This document shows positions 46,196-55,898 of a stretch of DNA of 64,000 nucleotides, one piece after another. The notes under the pieces are model-generated. The model did no database searches. It was not told the origin of the DNA and saw only the letters and a list, made by a program, of their open reading frames with translations. Origin of the DNA: Parcubacteria group bacterium (GTDB lineage Bacteria > Patescibacteriota > Minisyncoccia > Moranbacterales > UBA11712); assembly GCA_041659685.1 (NCBI GenBank), contig JBAZXV010000002.1, positions 39,527 to 103,526 of the forward strand, read 5' to 3'. The position numbers and the translations under genes were made by a program. Position 1 is the first letter of the stretch, and every line of letters starts with the position of its first letter.

Positions 46196-46510
46196 CTACT
46201 CCGGAGCGGACAACTCGTCCGTTTTGACCCGAAACACTTTCTGCGGAACTATCATCCAGAAAGCATTTCCTTAAATACGTATTTTAATACTTACCTCGGT
46301 AAGTATTTTTTTTGGCCGAAGCACCTAGCACTAACACCGCCCTGCAATGTTTTTAATATGCTTGAAAAAACAGAATAAAACCCTGTTTTTTTTCGAAGCC
46401 ATCGACACAGGCGGATAGAACTGAATCGGTAAGCGATTTTAATGCATATAGGCCTTCGGACATAAGCAAATAATGATGTATAATAGAGCCAGGACATTTT
46501 GGAATAACTT

Positions 46511-49500
46511 ATGTTTATAGAAGTAAAATCCGAGGAGAGGAAAATAGGGCCGGAATCAGTTGAACAGATGGAAAGCGCGGAAACTATTGCCAAAGAGAAG
46601 ACGCCGGAAGAACAGCGGGCAGAGAATATTGAACTCATGACTCAAAGAGCCAGGCATTTTATTGCGGAAAAAAAAGCCGAAAAGGAGAAAAAAAATGCCC
46701 GCAGGGAACTGGAATCCGTTCCGCAGGATGTAGACCGGCCGGAAGGGCGGCAGAATGAAGAAGCGGAAGATGCACAAGAAAAACCGGGAGAGCAGAAGGG
46801 AATCATTTCAGGATTGAAAGATAAATACAGGCTATGGAAGCTGAAGCGGAGCGGATTTCCTGATCCCGGGAAAGCCTTGGGATTTTTTGAATATATAAGC
46901 AGCAGGGCAGATTCAACTTTAAAATTCGACAGCGACACCCTGAATCTGATAAGGGATACATTCAGAGCGACAAACGACCCGATTGCTTTTTATGAAAAAA
47001 TAAAGCAGCTGAACTTAAAGATCGCGCAGCCGATTATCAAACCCAATTACGGCTTAGGAACTTTGATGAGGGATCCGGATATATTTAAGAAGCTTGACCT
47101 TTGGCAGTCAGTCAATGAATCACTGGGATTTGGCGATGCAAATTCTTCGGGAGACGATCTCAGATATTTTTGCGGAGAAACCGAACTGCACGCCGGATTA
47201 TCCGCTGAAAATTTGAACCGGATCAGTCAATTGCGGAATTTATCGGGGTCGCTTTTTTCTGTGAGCGATCTGAACTGGCTGGCAAATTGCGTGGAGGACA
47301 GGCATACTTTTGAGTCGTTGGGAAAACTCTTGGGAAGTGAATATGCAAAAAACCTCAGAGACAAAAATATACTCAGAGTGGAAGACTTGGCAAAAAAACT
47401 GAAAGATCTCGACGCGAGCGGAATGACAGAGAGTCTGTTAATCGGAGCCGATATGAATTTGGATGTCGGGAGCGCCATAAGAGAGCTGACCTCCGAAGAT
47501 GAAGAAGAAAAAGCGGCGAGTGTCGAAAAAACAAAGGCATTGGAGCTGGAAGAACGAGCGAAAGACGAAAAATTCCGGGAGCTCGCCGGGGATCTCTCGC
47601 TCTTTTCCGGAAAGGATTTTGGAATAAATGAATACCAAAAATTGGAGAGCCTTTACCAATGGCACAAGGATTACGCGCTGGCTTTTGCGCAAGCTTTTGA
47701 GGATTTGGGTATCCTTAATCGATCCCAGGAAGGAACACTAAACCTTGAAGAATTCGAAGACACCCTGGGCCATTGGAAAAATGAGGCCGGATATGGCAGT
47801 CCGGAAGTTTTTTTCGCCCTTCTGGATCCTTCGTTCAATGAAATGATCTCAATTTTGAAAAGAGAGAAAGGCGACTTCAAGACAAGGGATATATTCAGAT
47901 ATGCTTTCCTGTATGCCCGAGAGCCGGAAGTCATTAAATCTTTGGAATCGGATGAAGGCAAAGAACTCCTGCAATTTTTTACGGAACGCGGAATGGATTT
48001 TCTGGGACACGCAGAATTTTTTAAGCATCCCGGAATTGCCAAAATGCTCAAAGGATATGATGAATTTTTTGATATTCAAAAAGGTTGGTCGCTAGACGGA
48101 TTTTTGGAGTTGTATAATCGAGGTGAGACGGCCAATGAATTATTAGATTACCTGAAAGAAAATAAATTCAAACCGGATGGAAAATTTGAGATCAATAAAA
48201 TCCCGCTTCTCGTTAAAATTCACAGCATCAAGGATTCCATCGATGCCGAATACTTCAGGAAATATCCCAATTTTTTTCTCAGCGAAAAGACTGTGGACTT
48301 TATAATAAGCGATCCAAGCAAAGCTCCCGACGTTTTTTCCTTGGCCGAAGACGGCTATCTTGAAGGGCAGAATTTCCAATCCATAAGGTGGTTTCTTCAA
48401 GACAACCTTGAAGACATTCTTGCTATTCCCCGTGAAAAAAGAGACACATATATGAAGCTTTACCGCCGATTGGACGGCTCTCCTTCTCAGGAGATACAAC
48501 GGCTGAAAAAAGAGCTTACCAGGGAACTGTTGAAACTGGATGAACCGGAAAGTGCATACCAGAGAATAGAAGAAATATTTATCACGAACAATTTGCCGCC
48601 GGTCGGAAAGATTTATAAAGTATTTGCGGTAATTCATTCTCCTGCCGCAATGCAAGAACTCCTGGAAAGCAACGACAGGCTTAGTCCGTGTCTCAGGGAG
48701 TCTTCGGTGAGAAAAAGATATACTACAATATACAGAGATCTTTTGAACATTCACATCAAGTCCGGGAACCGGATTCTGAGAGATTATCTGGAAGTCGCGA
48801 ATGAGGGACAGGGCATCTTCGACAAGATGGAAACAGAGGGCGAGGAAAGCCTGAATAATGAAGAGAGGAGAAAGGCGGAATTTGTCCTGAAAAAACTGAA
48901 AACGCTGTGGGAAAATTCATCGCGAGGGATGCGAATGGATCCAAACAATCTCAGCATAAACGACGGGCTTGGCAATTTTTATAATAATTTGAAGACATCA
49001 ATAGGTGCCAAGGAAGGGCAGACGGTCACGGCCCGAATTTCCCAAATGTTTTTAGCGCCTGCCGGATACCAAAGCATAGAGCACGTGTTGGCCGCAATGA
49101 ATGAAGCCAAAGGAAAGGCCGGCACGCGCGGTCTCGAAACGGCAGATCTCCTGCGAAAAGGAGAATTTAATATCAAGGCGGGAGATGTCATCAAAGGCAT
49201 GCCATCTGGCAGGATGGGAGCAATCTTGCAGGGCGGAGCGGTGGCAGGAGAATATTTAGGCAGTGAATCATCATCGGATTCCACTCCTTATGACTCCGAT
49301 GTTTTCAGGGTGTCTGATTTAGGGGGAAATGCGGATTTTTCGGAAAATATCAAAAAATATTTTGGTGAGGGATACGGAGATGTCAATATTATTGTAAGAG
49401 ACAGGGGCCAATTCGACGAAACTTCCAAAGGAAGCTCCAGGGGGTATGATCCTTCCAAGCTGGAACTGTTCAGAACCGGAGTGATTTCGAACGAACATTA

Positions 49501-50587
49501 CGGGATTCGGACCGGCTTTCCTTCAAGTGAGATAGACTTGATGGTTGTCAGCGAAAACACCAAACAAGATGAAAAAAGGATGTCAAAGCTCTTTTTTGAT
49601 ATCGCCGAAAACGGATTTTATATCCCCGTTGCTGATACTTCCGGGAAATTGATTTTTAGTCCGGAGCAATATGAAGAATACCGAAGAATATTCAGAGGCC
49701 TGGAAAGATTTGATGGAAACAAGTTTGAATATCTGAACACGAAAGAAGGCGATCAAAACTACGATGAGGTGGAGAGGATTCGAAGGGAATTCAAAGAGGA
49801 TAGGGACCGCGTTGCGGCTCTGTCTCAGAAAATTAGAGACATGATAACCGACGTGTTGCGACAGCACGAAGTCACGTTGCGGGATAATCTGGACAACAGC
49901 ATCTTAGGCGCCGAACTAATGGACATAGGGTCCACGGCGAGGCATACTAATGCGATCGGGGATTATGATTTTGACCTGACTTTGCGGCTGGATGACCGGG
50001 ACATGGACAAAATAGGTGATATTGTCCGGGACCTCCAGGCCGGATTGCAGGCTGAAAGTTATTCAGATTCTCACGGAGATGAAAAAGGTGGCTACCAATT
50101 GAGGGCTAAACAGGGCCGCTTGTCCGGAGAAAATCCGGCGGATATCGACATTGGCTTTGTCCGCAAGTCCGACCTCGTTTATTTCGGATCTCACGAAGCC
50201 GTGCAGGAGCGTTTGGATTGGATAAAAAATAATATTAGCGAAGAGGCTTATGAAAAAACGATTGCGAACGTTATTCTGGCAAAAAAAATTCTGAAAGAAG
50301 GCAAAGCTTATAAGCGCGTGGAAGACGGCGGGATGGGCGGCATCAGTGTTGAGAATTGGATATTGCTCAACAGCGGCAATCTTGTCGAAGCATTCAGAAC
50401 TTTTTTGGCTGCTGCGATCGATGAAAACGGAACCCAGGTTCCGTTGGATGAATTCAAGCAGAAATACAAGATCCTTAATCCGGGAATGAATCTCAAAAAG
50501 CTTTATCATGACAATTATACGATGAATTTGAAGGAAGGGGGATATAACGCAATGATAAAAACCATTGAAAATTATCTCAAAGGTTGA
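46511..50587 (+). CDS. Giant (1358 aa) acidic protein with C-terminal Pol-beta-superfamily nucleotidyltransferase domain; candidate secreted/effector NTase (AMPylase-like)
   Basis: N-terminal charged coiled coil. At about aa 1140, MDIGSTARHTNAIGDYDFDLTLRL is the hG[GS]-x9-13-DhD NTase motif. A downstream third acidic strand ADIDIGFVRK. About 47% GC. Confidence 0.6.
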   Translation: MFIEVKSEERKIGPESVEQMESAETIAKEKTPEEQRAENIELMTQRARHFIAEKKAEKEKKNARRELESVPQDVDRPEGRQNEEAEDAQEKPGEQKGIISGLKDKYRLWKLKRSGFPDPGKALGFFEYISSRADSTLKFDSDTLNLIRDTFRATNDPIAFYEKIKQLNLKIAQPIIKPNYGLGTLMRDPDIFKKLDLWQSVNESLGFGDANSSGDDLRYFCGETELHAGLSAENLNRISQLRNLSGSLFSVSDLNWLANCVEDRHTFESLGKLLGSEYAKNLRDKNILRVEDLAKKLKDLDASGMTESLLIGADMNLDVGSAIRELTSEDEEEKAASVEKTKALELEERAKDEKFRELAGDLSLFSGKDFGINEYQKLESLYQWHKDYALAFAQAFEDLGILNRSQEGTLNLEEFEDTLGHWKNEAGYGSPEVFFALLDPSFNEMISILKREKGDFKTRDIFRYAFLYAREPEVIKSLESDEGKELLQFFTERGMDFLGHAEFFKHPGIAKMLKGYDEFFDIQKGWSLDGFLELYNRGETANELLDYLKENKFKPDGKFEINKIPLLVKIHSIKDSIDAEYFRKYPNFFLSEKTVDFIISDPSKAPDVFSLAEDGYLEGQNFQSIRWFLQDNLEDILAIPREKRDTYMKLYRRLDGSPSQEIQRLKKELTRELLKLDEPESAYQRIEEIFITNNLPPVGKIYKVFAVIHSPAAMQELLESNDRLSPCLRESSVRKRYTTIYRDLLNIHIKSGNRILRDYLEVANEGQGIFDKMETEGEESLNNEERRKAEFVLKKLKTLWENSSRGMRMDPNNLSINDGLGNFYNNLKTSIGAKEGQTVTARISQMFLAPAGYQSIEHVLAAMNEAKGKAGTRGLETADLLRKGEFNIKAGDVIKGMPSGRMGAILQGGAVAGEYLGSESSSDSTPYDSDVFRVSDLGGNADFSENIKKYFGEGYGDVNIIVRDRGQFDETSKGSSRGYDPSKLELFRTGVISNEHYGIRTGFPSSEIDLMVVSENTKQDEKRMSKLFFDIAENGFYIPVADTSGKLIFSPEQYEEYRRIFRGLERFDGNKFEYLNTKEGDQNYDEVERIRREFKEDRDRVAALSQKIRDMITDVLRQHEVTLRDNLDNSILGAELMDIGSTARHTNAIGDYDFDLTLRLDDRDMDKIGDIVRDLQAGLQAESYSDSHGDEKGGYQLRAKQGRLSGENPADIDIGFVRKSDLVYFGSHEAVQERLDWIKNNISEEAYEKTIANVILAKKILKEGKAYKRVEDGGMGGISVENWILLNSGNLVEAFRTFLAAAIDENGTQVPLDEFKQKYKILNPGMNLKKLYHDNYTMNLKEGGYNAMIKTIENYLKG

Positions 50588-50605
50588 TGAATGGACTTAG
50601 CGGCA

Positions 50606-50626
50606 GGGACAACCGCAAAAGTCTGC
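50606..50626 (+). repeat. Partial R1 3'-end copy e (GGGACAACCGCAAAAGTCTGC) immediately after the giant-gene stop, followed by two hairpins
   Basis: Matches only the conserved 3' end of R1. Hairpins GCTATA/TATAGC and GACAGG/CCTGTC follow. Confidence 0.45.
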
Positions 50627-50989
50627 TATAGCTTCGTATAGCGGAGACAGGGGTAAGGTCCTGTCCCAATGAGCCTTTTTATATTAAAAACAAATCCAGA
50701 GATGATTTCAAAACAGCTCTCGATTTCTGGTGCAATCACGCTTTGGTTTATGATTCAAAGGCAATGGATTATGCCTTCGAATCTTCGGTAATTTGCGGGG
50801 TTGATTTCGGGCATACCACGCCGATAATTACTTTTCCGATAGGAGGCAAAGCGAAACTTATGGCAGGAAAAGACGGCATAAAGCTGGAAATTATCGAGCA
50901 TTGATCTGAAAGCATAGCTTTATATATCGCAGATAATCATGACAGTTATATAAAGTATTTATCCGAAACTAGCAAAATACTATTAAAAA

Positions 50990-51541
50990 ATGACCAAAAA
51001 AGCTAAAAAAATAATATTGATTCCAAGCAACGATATCAGTTCCTTGAATCAATTATCAGGCACGAATACTCTGCTGAGGTGTGAAGAAGCCCTAAAGCTG
51101 TGGAAAACGGGCGGGTATGATGTCATTGTTGCTTCGGGAGGCCGCACCTGCAAAAAAGAAATCCAAACCATTCCCGCCGCCGATATCATGAAGCAATGGC
51201 TGATTTTAAATAAAGTCGATGAAAGCAAGATCTTGAGTGAAAATAAGTCGCTTGATACTTATACAAATATGCATTACTCTCTGAAATTGCTGGAAAAAAA
51301 TAATATTTCCTCTAAAAATTTAACTGTTGTCAGCCATTGGGCGCATTTACTCAGGATAAAAATAATTTTACGGAGAAATTATGAGATTAGACCCATTTGC
51401 GTTCCAGTTAAATATAAATTATCGATTGTTGGATGGCTGCGAGAAATTATTTGGTTCTTCTATCACTTAATGGATAAGACGGGCAATGGCTTTCTTGAAC
51501 AAGAAGTGCGAAAAATAGTTGAAAAGAGAGCCTCTTCGTAG
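50990..51541 (+). CDS. DUF218/YdcF (ElyC/SanA)-family protein
   Basis: IILIPSNDIS...DVIVASGG...SLDTYTNMHYS...VVSHWAHLLR pattern. Confidence 0.5.
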   Translation: MTKKAKKIILIPSNDISSLNQLSGTNTLLRCEEALKLWKTGGYDVIVASGGRTCKKEIQTIPAADIMKQWLILNKVDESKILSENKSLDTYTNMHYSLKLLEKNNISSKNLTVVSHWAHLLRIKIILRRNYEIRPICVPVKYKLSIVGWLREIIWFFYHLMDKTGNGFLEQEVRKIVEKRASS

Positions 51542-51748
51542 CCGCTTTATATCGGCGGGCAATATTTTAAGACTCCAGGCTTCCCAGTCCTGATTATTAT
51601 TTTGACTTGGATCGAATTTGATTCTTTCAAAATTAAACGGATTGTCTTCTTTTTTCCAAAAATAAATATCGAATAACGATTGACATAACGCCAAAAAAGA
51701 TTAGAATAATAATTTGGAGTAAATATAAAGAGATGGAGGAAGATTTGC

Positions 51749-52240
51749 ATGTGGGTTGCTATCAGTGGAAGCTGGAGAAGGATCAACGGGGCGGTGAAAC
51801 GGGATGTGGAGACAACAGTGAGTCAGATATTGTCCCGCGGAGACGGAATAGTTTCAGGAGGTTTTCCCGGGGTCGATTATGTCGCGACCGTAAAAGCGCT
51901 CCGGCATTGTCCCAATGCCGAGAAAATAAGAATCATTCTTCCCGTCACGCTGGAGCTCTATGCTCTGCAATATGCCGATTGGGTGGGGGAAGGGGCCGTT
52001 AGCGACAGGCAGGCCCGGTCGGTTCTTATGCAGCTTTCGGAGCTGAAAGAAATCAACCCGAGGTCCATTGTGGAAAATAGAAATAGCGCGCTAGCTTGCT
52101 GTTCTGGCCGCAATACGGCTATGATTCGGCGGGCTGACTCCCTGGAGGCGTTCTATATTAACTTGAGCAAAGGCGAAGATACCATTAACACTGCTTTCGC
52201 CAAGGGAATTCCCGTCAGAGTCAGGACCTACGCGATATAA
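51749..52240 (+). CDS. Rossmann-fold DprA/Smf/LOG-like (SLOG superfamily) small protein
   Basis: GIVSGGFPGVDYVATVKAL resembles the DprA vvSG.A.GID..aH..AL motif. Confidence 0.4.
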   Translation: MWVAISGSWRRINGAVKRDVETTVSQILSRGDGIVSGGFPGVDYVATVKALRHCPNAEKIRIILPVTLELYALQYADWVGEGAVSDRQARSVLMQLSELKEINPRSIVENRNSALACCSGRNTAMIRRADSLEAFYINLSKGEDTINTAFAKGIPVRVRTYAI

Positions 52241-52267
52241 AGGGGTATCTGCCCATAAATTTTTTTA

Positions 52268-52303
52268 AGTCCCGAAGACAGCGATCTTCGGGACTGTATT
52301 TTT
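52268..52303 (+). terminator. Rho-independent terminator (AGTCCCGAAGA-CAGCGA-TCTTCGGGACT followed by GTATTTTT)
   Basis: 11-bp perfect stem and T-rich tail, 28 nt after the stop of gene 51749-52240. Confidence 0.6.
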
Positions 52304-52695
52304 AATGGGTCCCAAAAAATAATTTTTTGGGATTGGACTGGCCAAAATAATCATCCGTCTTGGCGGAATGGATAAAATAGGCTTTAAAGTATATGCCAGG
52401 TTTAACCGAAAAAGTTTGCAAATACCTTGAGAAGACAAGCAAAAAAACGTCCGAAATATGGTGTTTTTTCGTTGCGGAAAATCTGTTGGTAATGTCTCTG
52501 TTTTTTGGTAAGATAAACGGGCAGACAGTGGTTGGATGAAATTGATACAATAAAAATGATCAAGATTTACGATAAAAATTGCAGAGATATTTTTCAATAC
52601 TTATTTTTGAGAAAGAAATTAAGACCAATTTTATTTACTTGGAGCTTTGAGTATTTTTGATGTTGGAAGGATGATAATTCCATAAAATATCAAAA

Positions 52696-53718
52696 ATGAC
52701 AAAAATCAATTTTTCAAAGGTTTCTTCCGGAGCAGAAGGAACGAGTTTTAAAGCAATAAAGCGGTTTATCGACGACAATTTTCTTCACTTCAATGCTGCG
52801 GCGCTCAAAGACGCTTCGCAAGGATACATTGATCATTTGGAAAGAGGCGGAAAAATGATGGTGACCCTCGCAGGAGCAATGAGTACGGCGGAACTTGGCA
52901 TTACGCTCTCCGAAATGATCCGGCAGGACAAGATTAACGCAATCACCTGCACTGGAGCAAATCTCGAAGAGGATATTTTCAATTTGGTCGCCCATGAACA
53001 TTACAAGCGAGTTCCAAATTACAGGGATTTGTCCCCGGAGGACGAAGAAAGGCTCTTCAGCGAAAAATTCAATCGGGTGACGGACACTTGTATTCCGGAA
53101 GAGGAAGCGATGAAGCGGATTGAAGTGCAGATGTGGGATTTGTGGCAGGCGGCCGATAGCGCGGGAGAAAGACTGTTTCCTTATGAATATATGTACCAGT
53201 TGCTTCGTTCGGGCCGTCTCGAAAAATATTTTCAGATCAATCCGAAAAACTCTTGGCTGCTCGCGGCCGCGGAGAAAAATCTGCCAATCTTCGTTCCCGG
53301 CTGGGAAGATTCGACGCTGGGCAATATGTTTGTCGCCTTTGTCAGGAGGGAAAAGGTTTCAGGATTCCAAATTGTAAAAAGCGGAACGGAAACAATGGAT
53401 TTTCTTGTGGATTGGTATTTGGAGAATACAAAAAGAAGTTCTATCGGATTTTTTCAGATCGGCGGCGGCATTGCGGGTGATTTTCCGATTTGCGTTGTTC
53501 CGCTGATTCAGCAGGACTTGAAAGAAGATTGCCGTCTCTGGGGATATTTTTGCCAGATTTCTGACAGCACAACATCCTATGGATCATACAGCGGGGCTGT
53601 TCCGAACGAGAAAATTACCTGGGGAAAGCTCGGAAAAGACACTCCGCGATTTGTAATTGAAAGCGATGCCAGCATTGTCGCGCCGCTTATGTTCGCGTAC
53701 ATACTTGGAAGAAACTGA
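52696..53718 (+). CDS. Deoxyhypusine synthase-like protein (DHS family)
   Basis: ITCTGANLEEDIFNL matches the TTAGGVEEDL block of deoxyhypusine synthases. Glycine-rich GGGIAGDFP NAD-binding region. Confidence 0.7.
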   Translation: MTKINFSKVSSGAEGTSFKAIKRFIDDNFLHFNAAALKDASQGYIDHLERGGKMMVTLAGAMSTAELGITLSEMIRQDKINAITCTGANLEEDIFNLVAHEHYKRVPNYRDLSPEDEERLFSEKFNRVTDTCIPEEEAMKRIEVQMWDLWQAADSAGERLFPYEYMYQLLRSGRLEKYFQINPKNSWLLAAAEKNLPIFVPGWEDSTLGNMFVAFVRREKVSGFQIVKSGTETMDFLVDWYLENTKRSSIGFFQIGGGIAGDFPICVVPLIQQDLKEDCRLWGYFCQISDSTTSYGSYSGAVPNEKITWGKLGKDTPRFVIESDASIVAPLMFAYILGRN

Positions 53719-54261
53719 AATATTGGAAATAATTGCAGAAACTTGTGATATAAACAAAGATAAATCTGTCACAATAAGGCCTTGCAACCGAAAAAATCCG
53801 CAACTTCCAATTGCGATTTTTTCGTTTGTGAGATATTTAAAATACAATCATGGGGAAAAATCGATTTCGGATTATCAAAAAAGACTTATAGATGGGAATC
53901 AAGAAATAATATCCCATAAAAATTGTATGCAATTTTAGAAAAACAATTTTATTCTCCGGCCTAAGAATATTTTGATCAAAACATGAAAAATCCTAACAAA
54001 AAATGAATTATGCCTTATTCATCACGGCCGCCAAGCGTCACTTATAAAGTGAAACCTCGAAGAAACGGATGGATACTTCGTGTGTAAGCCCGGGGAGCTT
54101 CATTGATTGAAAAATAAAATATTTTTTTGGAAGAGTTTTCGGGTCTCTTCCTTGCTATATCTTTCGGTTTGGATTTTAGAAAAAAATTTTGATATAATAA
54201 ATACAACAAAGTCCATAATCTTTTGCGCCTTGTTTTATTAATAAGATAGCCGTTTAAATTT

Positions 54262-55254
54262 ATGCGAAAACAAAAAACAAAAACATTTTTTGCGGAACTA
54301 ATCTCTCCGATAAAAAATCTCTTTAATCATGACCAAGAGCCTCTTCTTCATACGATTGAATGGGTTTTTATTTTGTTTGCGTTTTTTATAATTGGATTTT
54401 CGGTAATATATTACCAGAACACGATTAAACTGTATGAAAAATTCAGCGATAAATTTCTTGGAAGCAAGGAGGCGCTGATACAAACCCCCGAAGAAGAAAA
54501 ATTATTTACGGGAGAAGTTGTTCCTGAGCCGGTTGATACCACTGATTGGGACGCCTATCAAAACAAATGGTACGGTTTCGAAATCAAGCATCCGGATTCC
54601 TGGAAAAACAACACGCAATATAAAACGGCAACCGAAAAGAGCGCCGTCTATGAGACTATCTATAAATTTAGAAAAGAAGGAGAAGGCACGGATGAGGCTT
54701 TTGCGGGGTATGATGTAAAAATATACTTGGCGAAAAAGGTCCAAAAAATTGAAAATACCAATGATGTTCACAAGAAAGACGGGGCGCCTGAAGATGCAGG
54801 CGAATGCCCCTTGCCTTCGGAAGAAATTAAATCGGAAGGTAATGACCTGGAGCTCCAAAAAATCAGCATCGATGACATCAATTCCTGTTATGAACCGGCC
54901 TATTTCTACAGCATTGCGAAAGGAGACTATATTTATAATATCGTTCCGGCTGTTTCCGAAAGCGGCGAAAGATATTCCAATCCGGAAAAAGAAACAAGCG
55001 TGCAGTTCCCGGAATATAAAGAGGCTGTCAATTCTTTCGGATTTATTCCGGTAGTCAGGCCCCAATCCAAGCCCAAGCCAAAAATAACGGCGAGAAAACC
55101 GGTTGCGGCTAAGTTGGTGAACGGAAAACTGGTTTGTGCGAAGAAGAACGATAAGCCTCATAAAAGCAAAAAGAAAAGTCACAAGCCGGGGCATCTTGAC
55201 CTTGAATGTTGCCTTGATCCGGATGAGACTCCGAATCCTTGGTGTACTTATTGA
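54262..55254 (+). CDS. Membrane-anchored hypothetical protein with Lys/Pro-rich linker and C-terminal Cys cluster
   Basis: N-terminal TM helix WVFILFAFFIIGFSVIYY. C-terminal ECCLDPDETPNPWC. Followed by a terminator. Confidence 0.45.
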   Translation: MRKQKTKTFFAELISPIKNLFNHDQEPLLHTIEWVFILFAFFIIGFSVIYYQNTIKLYEKFSDKFLGSKEALIQTPEEEKLFTGEVVPEPVDTTDWDAYQNKWYGFEIKHPDSWKNNTQYKTATEKSAVYETIYKFRKEGEGTDEAFAGYDVKIYLAKKVQKIENTNDVHKKDGAPEDAGECPLPSEEIKSEGNDLELQKISIDDINSCYEPAYFYSIAKGDYIYNIVPAVSESGERYSNPEKETSVQFPEYKEAVNSFGFIPVVRPQSKPKPKITARKPVAAKLVNGKLVCAKKNDKPHKSKKKSHKPGHLDLECCLDPDETPNPWCTY

Positions 55255-55273
55255 GAAAACAAAAAATATTCAA

Positions 55274-55298
55274 AAAACCCGCCTGGCGGGTTTTTTGT
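55274..55298 (+). terminator. Rho-independent terminator (AAAAACCCGCC-TG-GCGGGTTTTTTG)
   Basis: Perfect 6-bp GC stem with flanking A/T runs. Confidence 0.65.
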
Positions 55299-55346
55299 GG
55301 AATACAGCCGCTTGACAATATCAATGTGTATTGATATAATCTTATT

Positions 55347-55658
55347 ATGACGAAAGGATGCTGCCGGGAAAATTCAAAAGAAACGAAAGGGATCCTAAGG
55401 CTGAATGAATTTTTAAGAATCATTTCGGACGTAAACCGTTTGCGGATTTTGTGCCTTCTGACCAAAGGGGAGCGTTGTGTATGTGAGATATTTGAAGCAT
55501 TGAAATTGCCCCAAAATTTGGTTTCCCATCATTTGGCGAAACTCAAAAAACTATTATTAGTGGATGAGCGGCGGGAAGGCACATTCGTCGTCTACAGCAT
55601 TAACCGGAAAGCTCTGAAGCAGTATAAGGCTTTGTTTAATCAAATAATCAGAAACTAG
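55347..55658 (+). CDS. arsR: ArsR/SmtB-family metalloregulatory transcriptional repressor
   Basis: RLRILCLLTKGERCVCEIFEALKLPQNLVSHHLAKL is an ArsR HTH with CVC metal-sensing cysteines. Confidence 0.75.
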   Translation: MTKGCCRENSKETKGILRLNEFLRIISDVNRLRILCLLTKGERCVCEIFEALKLPQNLVSHHLAKLKKLLLVDERREGTFVVYSINRKALKQYKALFNQIIRN

Positions 55659-55662
55659 TCCT

Positions 55663-55896
55663 ATGGATATCAAAATTCTGGGTACGGGCTGTCCCAATTG
55701 CCGGAAACTGGAAGCCAACACAGAACAAGCGTTGGAAGAATTAAAAATAAAAGCGGACATAGAAAAAGTCACCGAAATTAAGGATATTATGAGCTATGGC
55801 ATATTGGGAACGCCGGCGCTGGTTGTCGATGGAGAAATAAAAGTATATGGACGAGTGCCTGAGACGAAGGAAATTAAGGAATTATTAAAAAAATAA
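55663..55896 (+). CDS. Thioredoxin-fold redox-active disulfide protein (77 aa)
   Basis: GTGCPNC CxxC motif. GTPALVVDG thioredoxin-like strand. Confidence 0.6.
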   Translation: MDIKILGTGCPNCRKLEANTEQALEELKIKADIEKVTEIKDIMSYGILGTPALVVDGEIKVYGRVPETKEIKELLKK

Positions 55897-55898
55897 TT

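Noticed and set aside
45780-46510. Several 60-75-aa ORFs in the antiporter to giant-gene intergenic region as genes
   Set aside because: Only 45935-46144 has a terminator immediately after its stop and a plausible TM helix. The others overlap each other in different frames without signals.
15027-50626. R1 repeats as a CRISPR array, integron attC sites, rRNA fragment or hammerhead ribozyme
   Set aside because: The copies are tens of kb apart with no regular spacing, so not CRISPR. No IntI-type integrase is adjacent and the ends do not match the RYYYAAC/GTTRRRY cores, although one GTTAGAC occurs. CACCTCCTTTCT resembles the 16S 3' end but no rRNA body is present. The CUGAUG...CAUCAG segment in copy b is just a hairpin, not a hammerhead core.
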